A stretch of 64,000 bases of DNA from assembly GCA_035776755.1 (NCBI GenBank), contig DASTWS010000014.1:2405-66404 (forward strand), written 5' to 3'. Position numbers and translations under genes: made by a program. Below the pieces are notes generated by a model that worked only from the letters and a program-made list of their open reading frames with translations, did no database searches and was not told where the DNA came from. Below are positions 9,170 through 18,900 of the stretch, piece after piece (within the stretch, counting starts at the first letter, position 1; each line of letters begins with the position of its first letter). Origin of the DNA: Verrucomicrobiia bacterium. GTDB taxonomy: Bacteria > Verrucomicrobiota > Verrucomicrobiia > Limisphaerales > UBA11358.

Positions 9170-11560
9170 TTACTTCGTTTTGATGATGTAAAAGCGCTGG
9201 GGAAAATTGGTCGCATGCGCATCAATCAATTGAACGATTCCGCTGACGTTGGCGGTCAAACTCGTGACAAAAAGCCAGTTGATTGGTGGCGAGAGATTCG
9301 TTGCTGCATCCAATTCATTCGTTTGCCAGGCCGCGCTGGAACCGTTTACAACAAAATTTCCATTGCCCAGGAAGGAAACCGACCCGACCTGCGGTGACAC
9401 GGTGGCGACGACGGATAAAATGCCATTGGTCAGGCCGTTGGTATTCCATGCCAATCCATAGTCCAGCAGCGGCAATTTGACAGATGAAAAATTGCCGGTG
9501 TAATTGCCGGCAGAAAACAATTTGAAACTGTCGCCGGCGGTAAGGTTTCCCGCCAAATTGCTGACGACGAGCGTGCCATTGAGGGCGAGTGAGCCGGTGA
9601 CCCGGACGACATCATTTGTGTAAAGTGATTTATTGATCTCGAAAAGGTTTGTGCAACCACTTGAAAGCGTGAGTGAATTTCCAAACGTCAGCGCGCCGGT
9701 TCCAGAATTTCCCGGGGAAAGAGTTCCGCCGGATTGAATCAGCGTCGCACCGGAAACGGTTCCTGTGCCGCCGAGCATGCCTTTGATGATGGTCAATGAA
9801 CCGGCGAGCGAGCCATTGATGAAAACGTCGCCGCGATAATTGGTCGTCGCGCCGCTGAAGGTGCTCGTGCCGGCAATCGTCAACGTGCCGCTGTTGGTCT
9901 TGATTAAATTGATCGTGGCCGCGCTGCCGTTTTGAATCGAGCCGGAGACGTAAAAATTGCCATTGCCCTGCAAGGTGACAGTGCGCGTGCCGCCGGCGGC
10001 GGAAGACACAGTTCCGGCAAAATTCAATGTTCCCGAACCATCGGATTGCAGGAGATAAAATCCGCCGCCAACATTGATCGTCAGATTTCCCGAAAGCGTG
10101 TTGCTGCCGGAAAGGTTTTCGATGGCGGGAACATTTGTATTGCGGCCACTGAGCGTGACGTTGGCGGGAATGGTCAGATTGGAAAGGAGATTGGTCAATT
10201 GCAGTGTTGACCATGCCAGATTGTTGTTGCGGATGGCAATCGTCGGAACGTTGGCGACATTTTCGCTGCGGGTGACGCGGGTGATGCCATCGCTGTAATG
10301 CGGCGTGCCTTCGGTGCCGGTCGCGCTGGTGTCAATATTCAGGGTGCCGGAAAAGGAATTCGTGCCGTTGAGAATCAGATTTCCCCAACTGGATTTGGTG
10401 ACCGTCGCGGAACCGGAAACCGGGCCGTTGACCATAAGCGTATTACCCGGATTATTCGGGCCAACCGACCAGGTTTGCGCCGCGCCGGCGTTTATCGAGC
10501 AATTGATATTGATGGTGTGATTCGCGGCGAGCATGTCAATGCCACCCGCGCCAATCGTCAGAGTGTTCGCGCCGTTAAGTCCCAGTCCGTTGTTGAGCCA
10601 GAGAAAAACCAGGCCGTTCACGGAAAGGTCATTGTTGACCGACGGACTCAAATTATTTCCGCTCAAAGATGAAAACATCACGGTGCTCACCGAAACCGGC
10701 GACATATTGGAGATGTAATTGGCAGAATCGGCTAATGAGGTTGAATTGGCGCCGGTCCAAAAGACCATCGTTGTCGGCGCGTAATAACGGACGTAATCCG
10801 CAGTGAGTTTGGTCGTGCTGGTCGCCAGACTTCCGTAACCGCCCGATGGAATCGTGCCGGCCCAGGTCGTGGAGGTGTCATCCACTTCACTGCTTAAAAT
10901 CGCGAACTCGGAGCTTTGCGAAACCGGCGAGGAACCGCCGTTGTAAACGGACGAGCCATCGATTGAAAAAGTGTAAGCGCCGGGAGTCCATAAAAATCCA
11001 TAAGTATGAAAACCGCTGGAGAGGCCGCTGCCCACGTTGCCGCTGCCGGCGCTTTCCGCAGAACCACCGTAGCCGTTCCAGTGAATGTTGACCTGCACCT
11101 GGTTGGCGATGTTGTTGTTCGAGCCATCCACGCGACGATGTTCCGCGTCGTCAATTTCCGAGCCAGAAACGATTGGGTCGGACAGATAATTGCCCATCGT
11201 TGGCGATTGGAACCAAAATGCGGACCACATGCCGTTGGTGTCGCTCCATTTGATACTGGATTCCCAATAACCGTAACGCGGACGGAAAGTGCCGTCCGTT
11301 GCAATCATGGCCGTGTAATGTGTGCCTCCACTGGTGTAAGTGGTGATGGTCAAATTGCCGCCGCCGACAGAAACCGCGCTGCTTGTGTTCACGGCATCGC
11401 GCCGGTTTCCAAGCAACCAGTAATCCCATTTCGATGTATCCAGAGATGAGCCGTTAAATTCATCTGACCAGACCAAATAATAACCGTTCGGCGGCGAGGC
11501 GAAGGCTCCCATCGCGGCAAACATTATCGCCACGAGCGCAATGATCGGGCGTGAGTTCAT
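9170..11560 (-). CDS. Secreted GH16-family glycanase fused to autotransporter-associated beta-strand (PATR) repeats
   Basis: 796 aa with a signal peptide. GH16 hallmarks are LVWSDEFNGSSLDTSKWDYW and the catalytic-type E-x-D-x-x-E (SEIDDAEH). After ~aa 330 come repeated G-x-L-T-L/I-x-G-x-N-x-F/Y-x-G blocks typical of PATR repeats. C-terminal tail is ...NLSPPINW...QRFYIIKTK. Confidence 0.75.
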   Translation of the reverse strand: MNSRPIIALVAIMFAAMGAFASPPNGYYLVWSDEFNGSSLDTSKWDYWLLGNRRDAVNTSSAVSVGGGNLTITTYTSGGTHYTAMIATDGTFRPRYGYWESSIKWSDTNGMWSAFWFQSPTMGNYLSDPIVSGSEIDDAEHRRVDGSNNNIANQVQVNIHWNGYGGSAESAGSGNVGSGLSSGFHTYGFLWTPGAYTFSIDGSSVYNGGSSPVSQSSEFAILSSEVDDTSTTWAGTIPSGGYGSLATSTTKLTADYVRYYAPTTMVFWTGANSTSLADSANYISNMSPVSVSTVMFSSLSGNNLSPSVNNDLSVNGLVFLWLNNGLGLNGANTLTIGAGGIDMLAANHTININCSINAGAAQTWSVGPNNPGNTLMVNGPVSGSATVTKSSWGNLILNGTNSFSGTLNIDTSATGTEGTPHYSDGITRVTRSENVANVPTIAIRNNNLAWSTLQLTNLLSNLTIPANVTLSGRNTNVPAIENLSGSNTLSGNLTINVGGGFYLLQSDGSGTLNFAGTVSSAAGGTRTVTLQGNGNFYVSGSIQNGSAATINLIKTNSGTLTIAGTSTFSGATTNYRGDVFINGSLAGSLTIIKGMLGGTGTVSGATLIQSGGTLSPGNSGTGALTFGNSLTLSSGCTNLFEINKSLYTNDVVRVTGSLALNGTLVVSNLAGNLTAGDSFKLFSAGNYTGNFSSVKLPLLDYGLAWNTNGLTNGILSVVATVSPQVGSVSFLGNGNFVVNGSSAAWQTNELDAATNLSPPINWLFVTSLTANVSGIVQLIDAHATNFPQRFYIIKTK

Positions 11561-11578
11561 GTCCTGGCGCGCGCGATT

Positions 11579-14500
11579 TTATGGATCGGTGATGACACGG
11601 TAAAAATGTTGGCTGGCCGAGCCGCGACTGTTGGGATCCGGCAATCCAAGGATGCCGTTAATTCCCGATGTCACCGGGCCGACGGTGGTCCAATTTGACG
11701 GTGAAAGCGTTGATGTTGATTGCAATTGATACATGTGGCCGGTTGCCGCATTGATGAGAATCACCGAATCGTTTCCAAAAAAATTCAACGCCAGAGAATC
11801 CGGCGTTGTTACATTAACTCCGAAATCCAATACATGCAACGGCGTCCCGACAACGCCGGTGCTTGAAGAATTTTCCTGGATGAAAACGGAAAGGATATTG
11901 TCGGCAAGCAACCGCGCCTGATCAATCAACGGCTCGCCGTTAAAATCGTTGGTCAATGAACAGACGACCTGCCAATCGGTGTATTGCGATGCTTTTGACG
12001 CCGTTGCAATAACGAGGCGTCCGTCGGTATAACCGGGAACGACGTCCGTGTTTGTGGATGCATATGAGAGATAAACTGCATAGAGATTTCCCGATGCGTC
12101 GTAGCCAAGTTTAGGCCGCGAACCGACTGGAAAGACCGTCCATGGAATCCGTCGTTGCGACCAAACATGGGTGATTGGATCGCGGAAATAATGATAATAC
12201 GCCGTGTCCAGAACGGAAAAAGTCGAATCACCGGGAACCCACGCCGCGTCCGGTTCCGCGCGACGATGCAGCATCAACACATGAACGCGCCCGTCATTGT
12301 CCACGCATTGGGCTTGTTGATTGATCAACCGTTGACGGCTGTCCAGCACTTTGATGGTGATGCCGGACGAATTCACGTTGATGGATTGGCCGAGGCCGGT
12401 GTCGGCGATGTTGGTGCCGCCGTTGTTGAACCACGTCACGCCGTTGTTCGTGCTGTAGGCATAATCAATGTCATGGTTTGCGGCGTCGGCGGCTTCGCGA
12501 TATGTCCATGTGTGATGCAAAGTCCCGTCCGGGGCAAAATCAAAATTGTTTTCGTAAGGATTGCGCGAAGTGGATGACCCAATGTTTCCGGTGGCCAACA
12601 TGCCGGTGTAGGTTCCTTGTTTTCCGGTGAATTTAATTCCCGCCGTCCAATTGCCGGCGCCGGGAATGTAAGTGTTCAGGTAATGGTCGCCGGCCGTCGT
12701 ATTGCCGATGCGATATTCGAACAGCAATTGTTTGGACGGATTGTTGATGAACATCGGATAAGTCACATTGCCGACGGATTGTCCGGAAGCGACCAGCCAA
12801 TTTTGTTCGGGATTCATCATGCCGGCTGTGCCCCATGCGGCTTTGTTGGTCGTGCAAAGTCCCATGACGGAACGGCGGTAACGCAACGTGTTTCCGTGCA
12901 TGTCCCAGGACATGTGCAGCGTGCCGTCGATCGGCGAAATCCCAAGGGAAATCACATCGTGCGCGTCCCAACTGCCTTTGCCGTTGATGAAGGTCGAGCC
13001 GGTATTGAATTTTTCCCACGGTCCGTCCACCGTATTGGTAACGGTGCGACGTGCGAGCCAGACCGTTTGCGTGGTTGAAGATCCGGAGCCGGTCGTGTCA
13101 TACCAGGCCGTGTATTCGTAGCCGTCAAAATCGAGCAATGCCCTGGTCTGAAAAGAAATTCCGTTGATAGCGCGGCCGTAAGGTCCGCTTTTGGGCATCA
13201 AACACGCGTTGGTCGTCACAACAGAATCGCCAAGCAATGCCACGCGTGGCGCGACAAATGATGGATGTGATGCGAAATTCGTTGGACCAGTCCCCCAAAC
13301 CATTTCGGCTAGATTATTGTAGCCGTCGCCGTCGGCATCGTCGTAAGCCGATTCAACCAGCGCTCCAAAAACGTTTGTTTCCCAAATATCGGGCAAATTG
13401 TTGCCGTTGATGTCGCCGGGGATTGAATTTGCATCCATTGGATTCGAGCCGGCCAGATATTCCTGCAAATCATCGGAACCATCGTGGTCAGGATCATCAT
13501 TTGCCCCATAGGCGAGCGTATTAAAATATGTCATTTCCCAGGTATCCGGCAAACCGTCACCGTCGGTATCGCTGGCAACGTTATAAACCGTCGGATCCGT
13601 TCCGTGCAAAAATTCATAAGCATTGGATTGCCCATCATTGTCTGGATCGCCAGCGGTTGAATTCGCGAGATTGCCGAAATAATAAGTTTCCCAAAGGTCA
13701 GGCAAACCGTCGCTGTCTGCGTCCACCGGCACGGAATAATGAATGACTGTTTCCGTGATGCTGTTGAAATCGTTTTGGGAATTCAAATGTCCGACCACAC
13801 GAACGTAACGGGCCGGCCAATCCGCAAAATCAAAATTCACCGGCATCGCATTGGTTCCAACGGCATTGGTCAGCGCATAACGCCACGTGTTGCCGTCGTT
13901 CGACAACAACACATCGAACCAATTCGTTCGCACCGTGTTCGGCTGATAAAATGACAAATCAACCGATTCCACAATTTCAACGCGTCCTAAATCATAAGTG
14001 ATGGATTGTCCGTCTCCTTCCGCCGACCAACGCGTCGCCGGATTTCCATCCAATGTATTTTCCGGGTAATTGGATGTGCCCGCCTGATAACTGCTGGCCG
14101 TGACCGAAATATTTTGAAACACGAATTCATTTGCCGCCCGGGCGACATCGCTGATGCGCACTTCATCAATTTTTCCCGGAAAATTGGCAAGGTCCGGATT
14201 GCCGGCATTGCCGGCGGGATTGCGCGCGCTGTTGCCGATGCTGAAAATCGTCGTGGCATCGCTGAGGCCGGGCAAACCGGATGCCATCGTCGCGCCGTAA
14301 ATGCAATCCGCAACGGCGCGGTTCGTATCCAACAGCGTCCAATAGAAAAGCAGATTGCTTGTCGTATCGGCGCTGCCGTTGTAGGTAACGGCGATGTGAT
14401 ACCAATTGTTGGAGACAATGGCATCCGGACCATTCGTCGGAACCGGAACCATTGCCACGGTTGTCGCGCCATTGATGAATTCAATCCGCACAAAATTGGT

Positions 14501-15073
14501 GTCGCCACCGCCGCCGGTGTAACCGACTGGGTCGAGACGCAATTGAAAAACGCGCGTGCCGACGCCATTTGCGTCGCAATTCATTATCTGACATGGCTGG
14601 TTGCGGATAAAACTGATGGGATTGAACCCGATTTGAATCAGCGCTTCGAAAGTGAACGCGCCATCGGTTCCGGCGAAGCTAAATGGAATGGCGGTTCCGG
14701 CAAAGCCCGAACCGGTCGGATAAATCACCGCGTTGGAAGTCGCCAAAGTGCCGAAGCTGATGCAATTCGTAAAATCCTCCGCCGAACTATTTCCGAACGT
14801 CGCGCCGCCGATCATGTAATTGAGGTTCGTGCCGTCTGCCATGGAATCAATCGCCGGCGCAGACGATTCGTCAAAATGCCAAAGGTGCAGCGTGTTGACG
14901 TCCGTGTTGTATGGCAGAATCGCCGCGTGGGTGAAACAGGAGAACAAAATCAAAAAAATACTGGCAGCGAAAACATAGCTGAAGCCGGGCCGGTTGAGAT
15001 GTTGCTGTCCGTTTTTCAAGGCCGGATGGATTTTAACGGGCAACGACATCGGACTCGCCTGCAACGGATTCAT
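11579..15073 (-). CDS. Secreted multidomain protein: LamG-like + F5/8-type-C (discoidin/CBM32-like) + 3 TSP3-type Ca-binding repeats + BNR_4-like beta-propeller-like region + short C-terminal module
   Basis: 1164 aa. LamG_3-like region is LHLWHFDES...WYHIAVTYNG...GKIDEVRISDVARAANEF. Discoidin-like region is VTASSYQAGTSNYPENTLDGNPATRWSAEGDGQSITYDLG...ARYVRVVG. TSP3 repeats span aa 451-597. The region from aa ~600-1080 contains DAHDVISLGISPIDGTLHMSWDMHGNTLRYRRS, the pattern I associate with BNR_4-type propellers (low certainty). Confidence 0.7.
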   Translation of the reverse strand: MNPLQASPMSLPVKIHPALKNGQQHLNRPGFSYVFAASIFLILFSCFTHAAILPYNTDVNTLHLWHFDESSAPAIDSMADGTNLNYMIGGATFGNSSAEDFTNCISFGTLATSNAVIYPTGSGFAGTAIPFSFAGTDGAFTFEALIQIGFNPISFIRNQPCQIMNCDANGVGTRVFQLRLDPVGYTGGGGDTNFVRIEFINGATTVAMVPVPTNGPDAIVSNNWYHIAVTYNGSADTTSNLLFYWTLLDTNRAVADCIYGATMASGLPGLSDATTIFSIGNSARNPAGNAGNPDLANFPGKIDEVRISDVARAANEFVFQNISVTASSYQAGTSNYPENTLDGNPATRWSAEGDGQSITYDLGRVEIVESVDLSFYQPNTVRTNWFDVLLSNDGNTWRYALTNAVGTNAMPVNFDFADWPARYVRVVGHLNSQNDFNSITETVIHYSVPVDADSDGLPDLWETYYFGNLANSTAGDPDNDGQSNAYEFLHGTDPTVYNVASDTDGDGLPDTWEMTYFNTLAYGANDDPDHDGSDDLQEYLAGSNPMDANSIPGDINGNNLPDIWETNVFGALVESAYDDADGDGYNNLAEMVWGTGPTNFASHPSFVAPRVALLGDSVVTTNACLMPKSGPYGRAINGISFQTRALLDFDGYEYTAWYDTTGSGSSTTQTVWLARRTVTNTVDGPWEKFNTGSTFINGKGSWDAHDVISLGISPIDGTLHMSWDMHGNTLRYRRSVMGLCTTNKAAWGTAGMMNPEQNWLVASGQSVGNVTYPMFINNPSKQLLFEYRIGNTTAGDHYLNTYIPGAGNWTAGIKFTGKQGTYTGMLATGNIGSSTSRNPYENNFDFAPDGTLHHTWTYREAADAANHDIDYAYSTNNGVTWFNNGGTNIADTGLGQSINVNSSGITIKVLDSRQRLINQQAQCVDNDGRVHVLMLHRRAEPDAAWVPGDSTFSVLDTAYYHYFRDPITHVWSQRRIPWTVFPVGSRPKLGYDASGNLYAVYLSYASTNTDVVPGYTDGRLVIATASKASQYTDWQVVCSLTNDFNGEPLIDQARLLADNILSVFIQENSSSTGVVGTPLHVLDFGVNVTTPDSLALNFFGNDSVILINAATGHMYQLQSTSTLSPSNWTTVGPVTSGINGILGLPDPNSRGSASQHFYRVITDP
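13283..13723 (-). repeat. Three tandem ~45-50-aa thrombospondin-type-3-like Ca-binding repeats (coding)
   Basis: DADSDGLPDLWETYYFGNL...DPDNDGQSNAYEFLHGTDP / DTDGDGLPDTWEMTYFNTL...DPDHDGSDDLQEYLAGSNP / DINGNNLPDIWETNVFGAL...DADGDGYNNLAEMVWGTGP. Confidence 0.75.
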
Positions 15074-15094
15074 GGTGACTTTGGAAGACGTTCA

Positions 15095-15970
15095 TTACGG
15101 TCCCATCGGAAGTTTGTTGGCATTGTAAAGAGCCGTAAACGTCGGACCCATGTCATCCTGATACCAGTAGAAATGGCGATTGTTCACGCCGTGCGGACTG
15201 TAAAAATTGGCCATGATGGCGGCTTTTATCCAACGTGCCGAGCCGTCAACGAAAACTTCATTGCCTCCGGCGGGAAGGCCTCCTCTGCGGTGAGCGGGAA
15301 GCGAAGTCAAACCGTCATTCGGTTGCTTGGTGGGATCGCCCCAAACATAAGGCGTCGGTGTTCCCATGTTGATGACTAAATCTGCCGCCATGCACCACGA
15401 AGGTTTTGATGTTGAGCCTTTGATCGGGCTGCATGAAATGGGCGGATGATAAGCGGTGGCTCCGAAATACCAATTAGTCAGCCCGCAATAAATGCCGTAG
15501 CCGATCGCCCAGGTTGAAGGATTAGGCCATTGATTTGGAGCCGGCAATGTTGGCCGATTGGGACAAGTCCAGGCCGTTACTCCCGTGGAATATCCCACCG
15601 TGGTGTCGATTGAATTTGTCCTGAAACCCAGTTCCGAAGCCGCGGCCAGCAAATTATCGGATAACTGAAACGGATTGATGTCCTGCCAGCCGGTGTTGTA
15701 AGCGCCGGACGGAAAATAATCCTCATAATCCCCGGCATACATGATGAAGCCGGTTCCGATTTGCTTCAAGTTGCTAAGACATTGTGTGCGTTTGGCTTTT
15801 TCCTTGGCGGCGGCCAAGACGGGCAAAAGCATGGCCGCCAGAATCGCGATGATCGCAATGACCACCAGCAATTCAATCAAGGTAAATCCCGAGCGCGTTT
15901 CCCGGCACCCGCCTGAATTTTGTTTTAATCTGATTCGCATGGTTCGGCTGCTTTTAATTTCGTGTGACAT
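15095..15970 (-). CDS. Prepilin-type N-terminal cleavage/methylation domain protein with H-X9-DG-type C-terminal motif (pseudopilin-like)
   Basis: Leader ...RSG|[45 protein letters not shown]-terminal region is [21 protein letters not shown]. Confidence 0.85.
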   Translation of the reverse strand: MSHEIKSSRTMRIRLKQNSGGCRETRSGFTLIELLVVIAIIAILAAMLLPVLAAAKEKAKRTQCLSNLKQIGTGFIMYAGDYEDYFPSGAYNTGWQDINPFQLSDNLLAAASELGFRTNSIDTTVGYSTGVTAWTCPNRPTLPAPNQWPNPSTWAIGYGIYCGLTNWYFGATAYHPPISCSPIKGSTSKPSWCMAADLVINMGTPTPYVWGDPTKQPNDGLTSLPAHRRGGLPAGGNEVFVDGSARWIKAAIMANFYSPHGVNNRHFYWYQDDMGPTFTALYNANKLPMGP

Positions 15971-15981
15971 CCAGTTTCAGG

Positions 15982-18900
15982 TCAGTTCGGATAACGCAGG
16001 CGGAAAAATACGGATGCGTTGGACGGATTGACGGTGATATTCGTGCTGGTGATGGAACCGCTGTCGGGCACGTCCGTCCAATTTGTTCCCAGGCCGCTGC
16101 TCAACGTGTTCGTCTGCGATTGCAAAATCCAACCCAAATGATCCTGCGGCCAGGAGAGCGTCAGTGTATTCCCGCTGACATTGAAGATGATATTCGTCGG
16201 ATTGCTGGCAATGCCGCCGACGATGCTCAAAACGCCGTTGGTAAAACTGTAAGCCAATCCCGGCCCCGGTGAACCGGCGATGCTGCTGAAATTGCTCGCA
16301 GATGTTCCGGGACTGAACAACGTAAAGGTATCGTTCGTCGTCAGCGTGCCGGACAAATTAGTCACCGTCAGCGTGCCGCCGTAAGTCACGCTGCTTTGGC
16401 CATTGAATAAATCGTGCGTGCCGCCGCCTTTATTGATTTTGACAACGGTATTTCCCCCCAGCGCCAGCGTGTTGCCCAAATTCAACGTGCCAATTGAATT
16501 CGTCGCGCCTGCCTCAATGGAACCGCCGGCCTGAACAGAAACCGGTCCGCCGATGCTGCCGTTGCCAACGAGTAATCCGCCCGCGACCGTCACCGCGCTG
16601 CCTGCAATGCTGCCGGTGATTGAAAGAACACCATTGCTCACGGTCGTCGCGCCGTTATAGGAATTTGCCGCCGAAAGATTCAGCACGCCGGTGCCGAACT
16701 TGGTGACTGAATTCCAGACGTTGGATGAACCATTATTGCTGCCGTCCTGGATTTGCGCCGAAACCACGATATTTCCGGCGCCCTGGAAAGTAAGGATGCG
16801 TCCGCTGCTGGTCGGAGTGGAATAAGGAATCGGCTGCGGCGAGGACAACGTCAACGTGCCGCTGTCCGATTGGATGGCATACAGTCCGCCGCCGACCTGC
16901 AATTCAAAATTGCCGGAAATGGTGTTGTTGCCGGCGAGGTTGTTGATGGCCGAGACGTTGTTGTTGCGGCCGGCAAAGCTGATATCCGATTCAATCGTCA
17001 CGCTGCCGAGCGAACCGTCCAAAGCCAGCGTGGAACTGCCGCTGTTGTTATTGCGAATGGCGATGAACGGCGTTCCCTGGAAGCCACCGGGAATCCCGAT
17101 ATTCGCAAGCGCATTTGGGCTGGCGATGACCAGAACACCGTCGTTTGCCGAAGTGCTTCCACTGTCAACATTGAGGTTTCCACTGAAGCTGTTGGCGCCG
17201 TCCAACACCACCATGCCGCTTCCCGACTTGGTGAGAGTAACCGTGCCATTGGCGCTGCTGATATTGTTTGAAACCGTAAACACGCTCGTGCCGGTCGCCG
17301 AAATCGTTGAATTCGCATTGACCATGATCCCGATGTTGCCGTCGGCCAGCGTAACGTTTGTAGCCGAACCCAGCGCACCGCCATTCAATGTGACCTGGCT
17401 GGCATTGAATGAACCCGGAACCGGCCCGAGCGAAAGAGGGCCGGTGACCAAAAGCGTTCCGCCGTTAATTGTTGTGGTCGTATAATTATTATTCGGCGAC
17501 ACCGTCCATGTTCCGCCGCCGACGGTCAATGCGCCGTTGCCCAGAGAAATCAGTCCCGCCATGCTGCCGCTCGAACCGCCGTCGCCATTCAACGTGAGAT
17601 TGGCATTCGCGGTGGCGCCGTTGATTCCAGCGTCATTTGTCATGGCCAATGTCGCGCCGCCGTCCAGTTTGATCGTCGTGTCGGAGCCCAATACAATCGC
17701 GCTGCCCAAAGTCGTCGTTCCACCGCCACCTTTGCGCAATGCGCCGTCGCCGGAAATGCCGGTGCCATTGAGCGTCAGGGTGCCGGAATTCAAATTCGTA
17801 TTTGTGTCCGGATAAATCTGCGCGCCACTGCTGACCGTCACCGGGCCGGTGCCGAGCGCAAAAGTATTTTGCGGATGAAAGCTTCCGGCTAAAACGCTGA
17901 TGCCGCCACTCAAGCCGTTGCTTCCCTGAAATGTCACCGAACTGCCGGAACCACCGTTGATCGTCAACGAGCCGTTGCCGCTGATGGCGTTGGTCAATAA
18001 AAATCCAAACGAAGGCCCGGGACGGATCGCGACCGCAGCATTGTCCAGGAGCGGCCCGGTTCCGATCGTTCCGCTCGTCGTGCTGTCACCGATTTGCATC
18101 GTGCCGGAATTGACCGTCGTGCCGCCGGTGTAGGAATTGGTCGTGTCAAGCGTCACCGTGCCATTGCCGTTCATCGTCAAAGAACCGGGCCCGGCAATCG
18201 CGCCGGTGCCGTTCAATACATAAGCCGTGGAGCCGGAAATCGTGACCGAAGCAGGATGCAACGTTTGGACGAGACTGACATTGGGCTGCGCGGAGCCGAG
18301 ATTGTTGAATGTCACATTGTCCGGTTCCGTGTAAGCCGTTTGCGACGTATTGTTGTTCGTGGTCCAATTCAAACTGCTGGCGTCCCAATTCGCGCCGATT
18401 CCGGCCCAGGTCAAATTCAATGGAATGCGAATGTTCAACTGCACCACGCTGCTGGTCGCCGGTGTGCTGATGCCGCCGTTGGAGGCGACGACGAAATAAT
18501 TTGTCGTGCCGGGCGCCGAACCCGAAGTGACGCTCAAACTGTTGGCCGTCGCGCCGGAAATTGCGTTCGTGCTCGTCGCGTCAAAAGAATACCACTGATA
18601 GGTGATGGTGCCCGAACCCGCCGCCACCGCGGTGAACGTCGCGGTTTGATTCGTCGTAATCGTCTGGTCCGCCGGCTGCGTCGTGAACGTGATGGTCGGC
18701 GTGTAAAACATCATTTGATTTGCGGAACGCGCCACATTGCTGATGCGCACTTCGTCAATTTTACCGAACAATCCTTCCGCCGACCCCATGCTGCTTCCGG
18801 CCGCGCGGCCTTCATTGCCGATGACCAACGGCATCGGGTCCGCCGGATCAATAAGCGCCGCGGTATTGGTGCCAACGGCGTTCGCGGCGACCGCTGAATC

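Noticed and set aside
9017-9170. tRNA-Gly directly adjacent to operon A as a possible genomic-island integration site.
   Set aside because: The window contains no integrase, no duplicated tRNA 3' segment that I could find, and no compositional break. The hairpin after the tRNA is an ordinary terminator.
16300-18100. Regular ~90-nt periodicity, similar to that at 9500..10700, that could be mistaken for a repeat array or CRISPR.
   Set aside because: The periodicity is in-frame coding for PATR-type beta-strand repeats inside long ORFs. The units are diverged, and there is no repeat/spacer structure and no cas gene.
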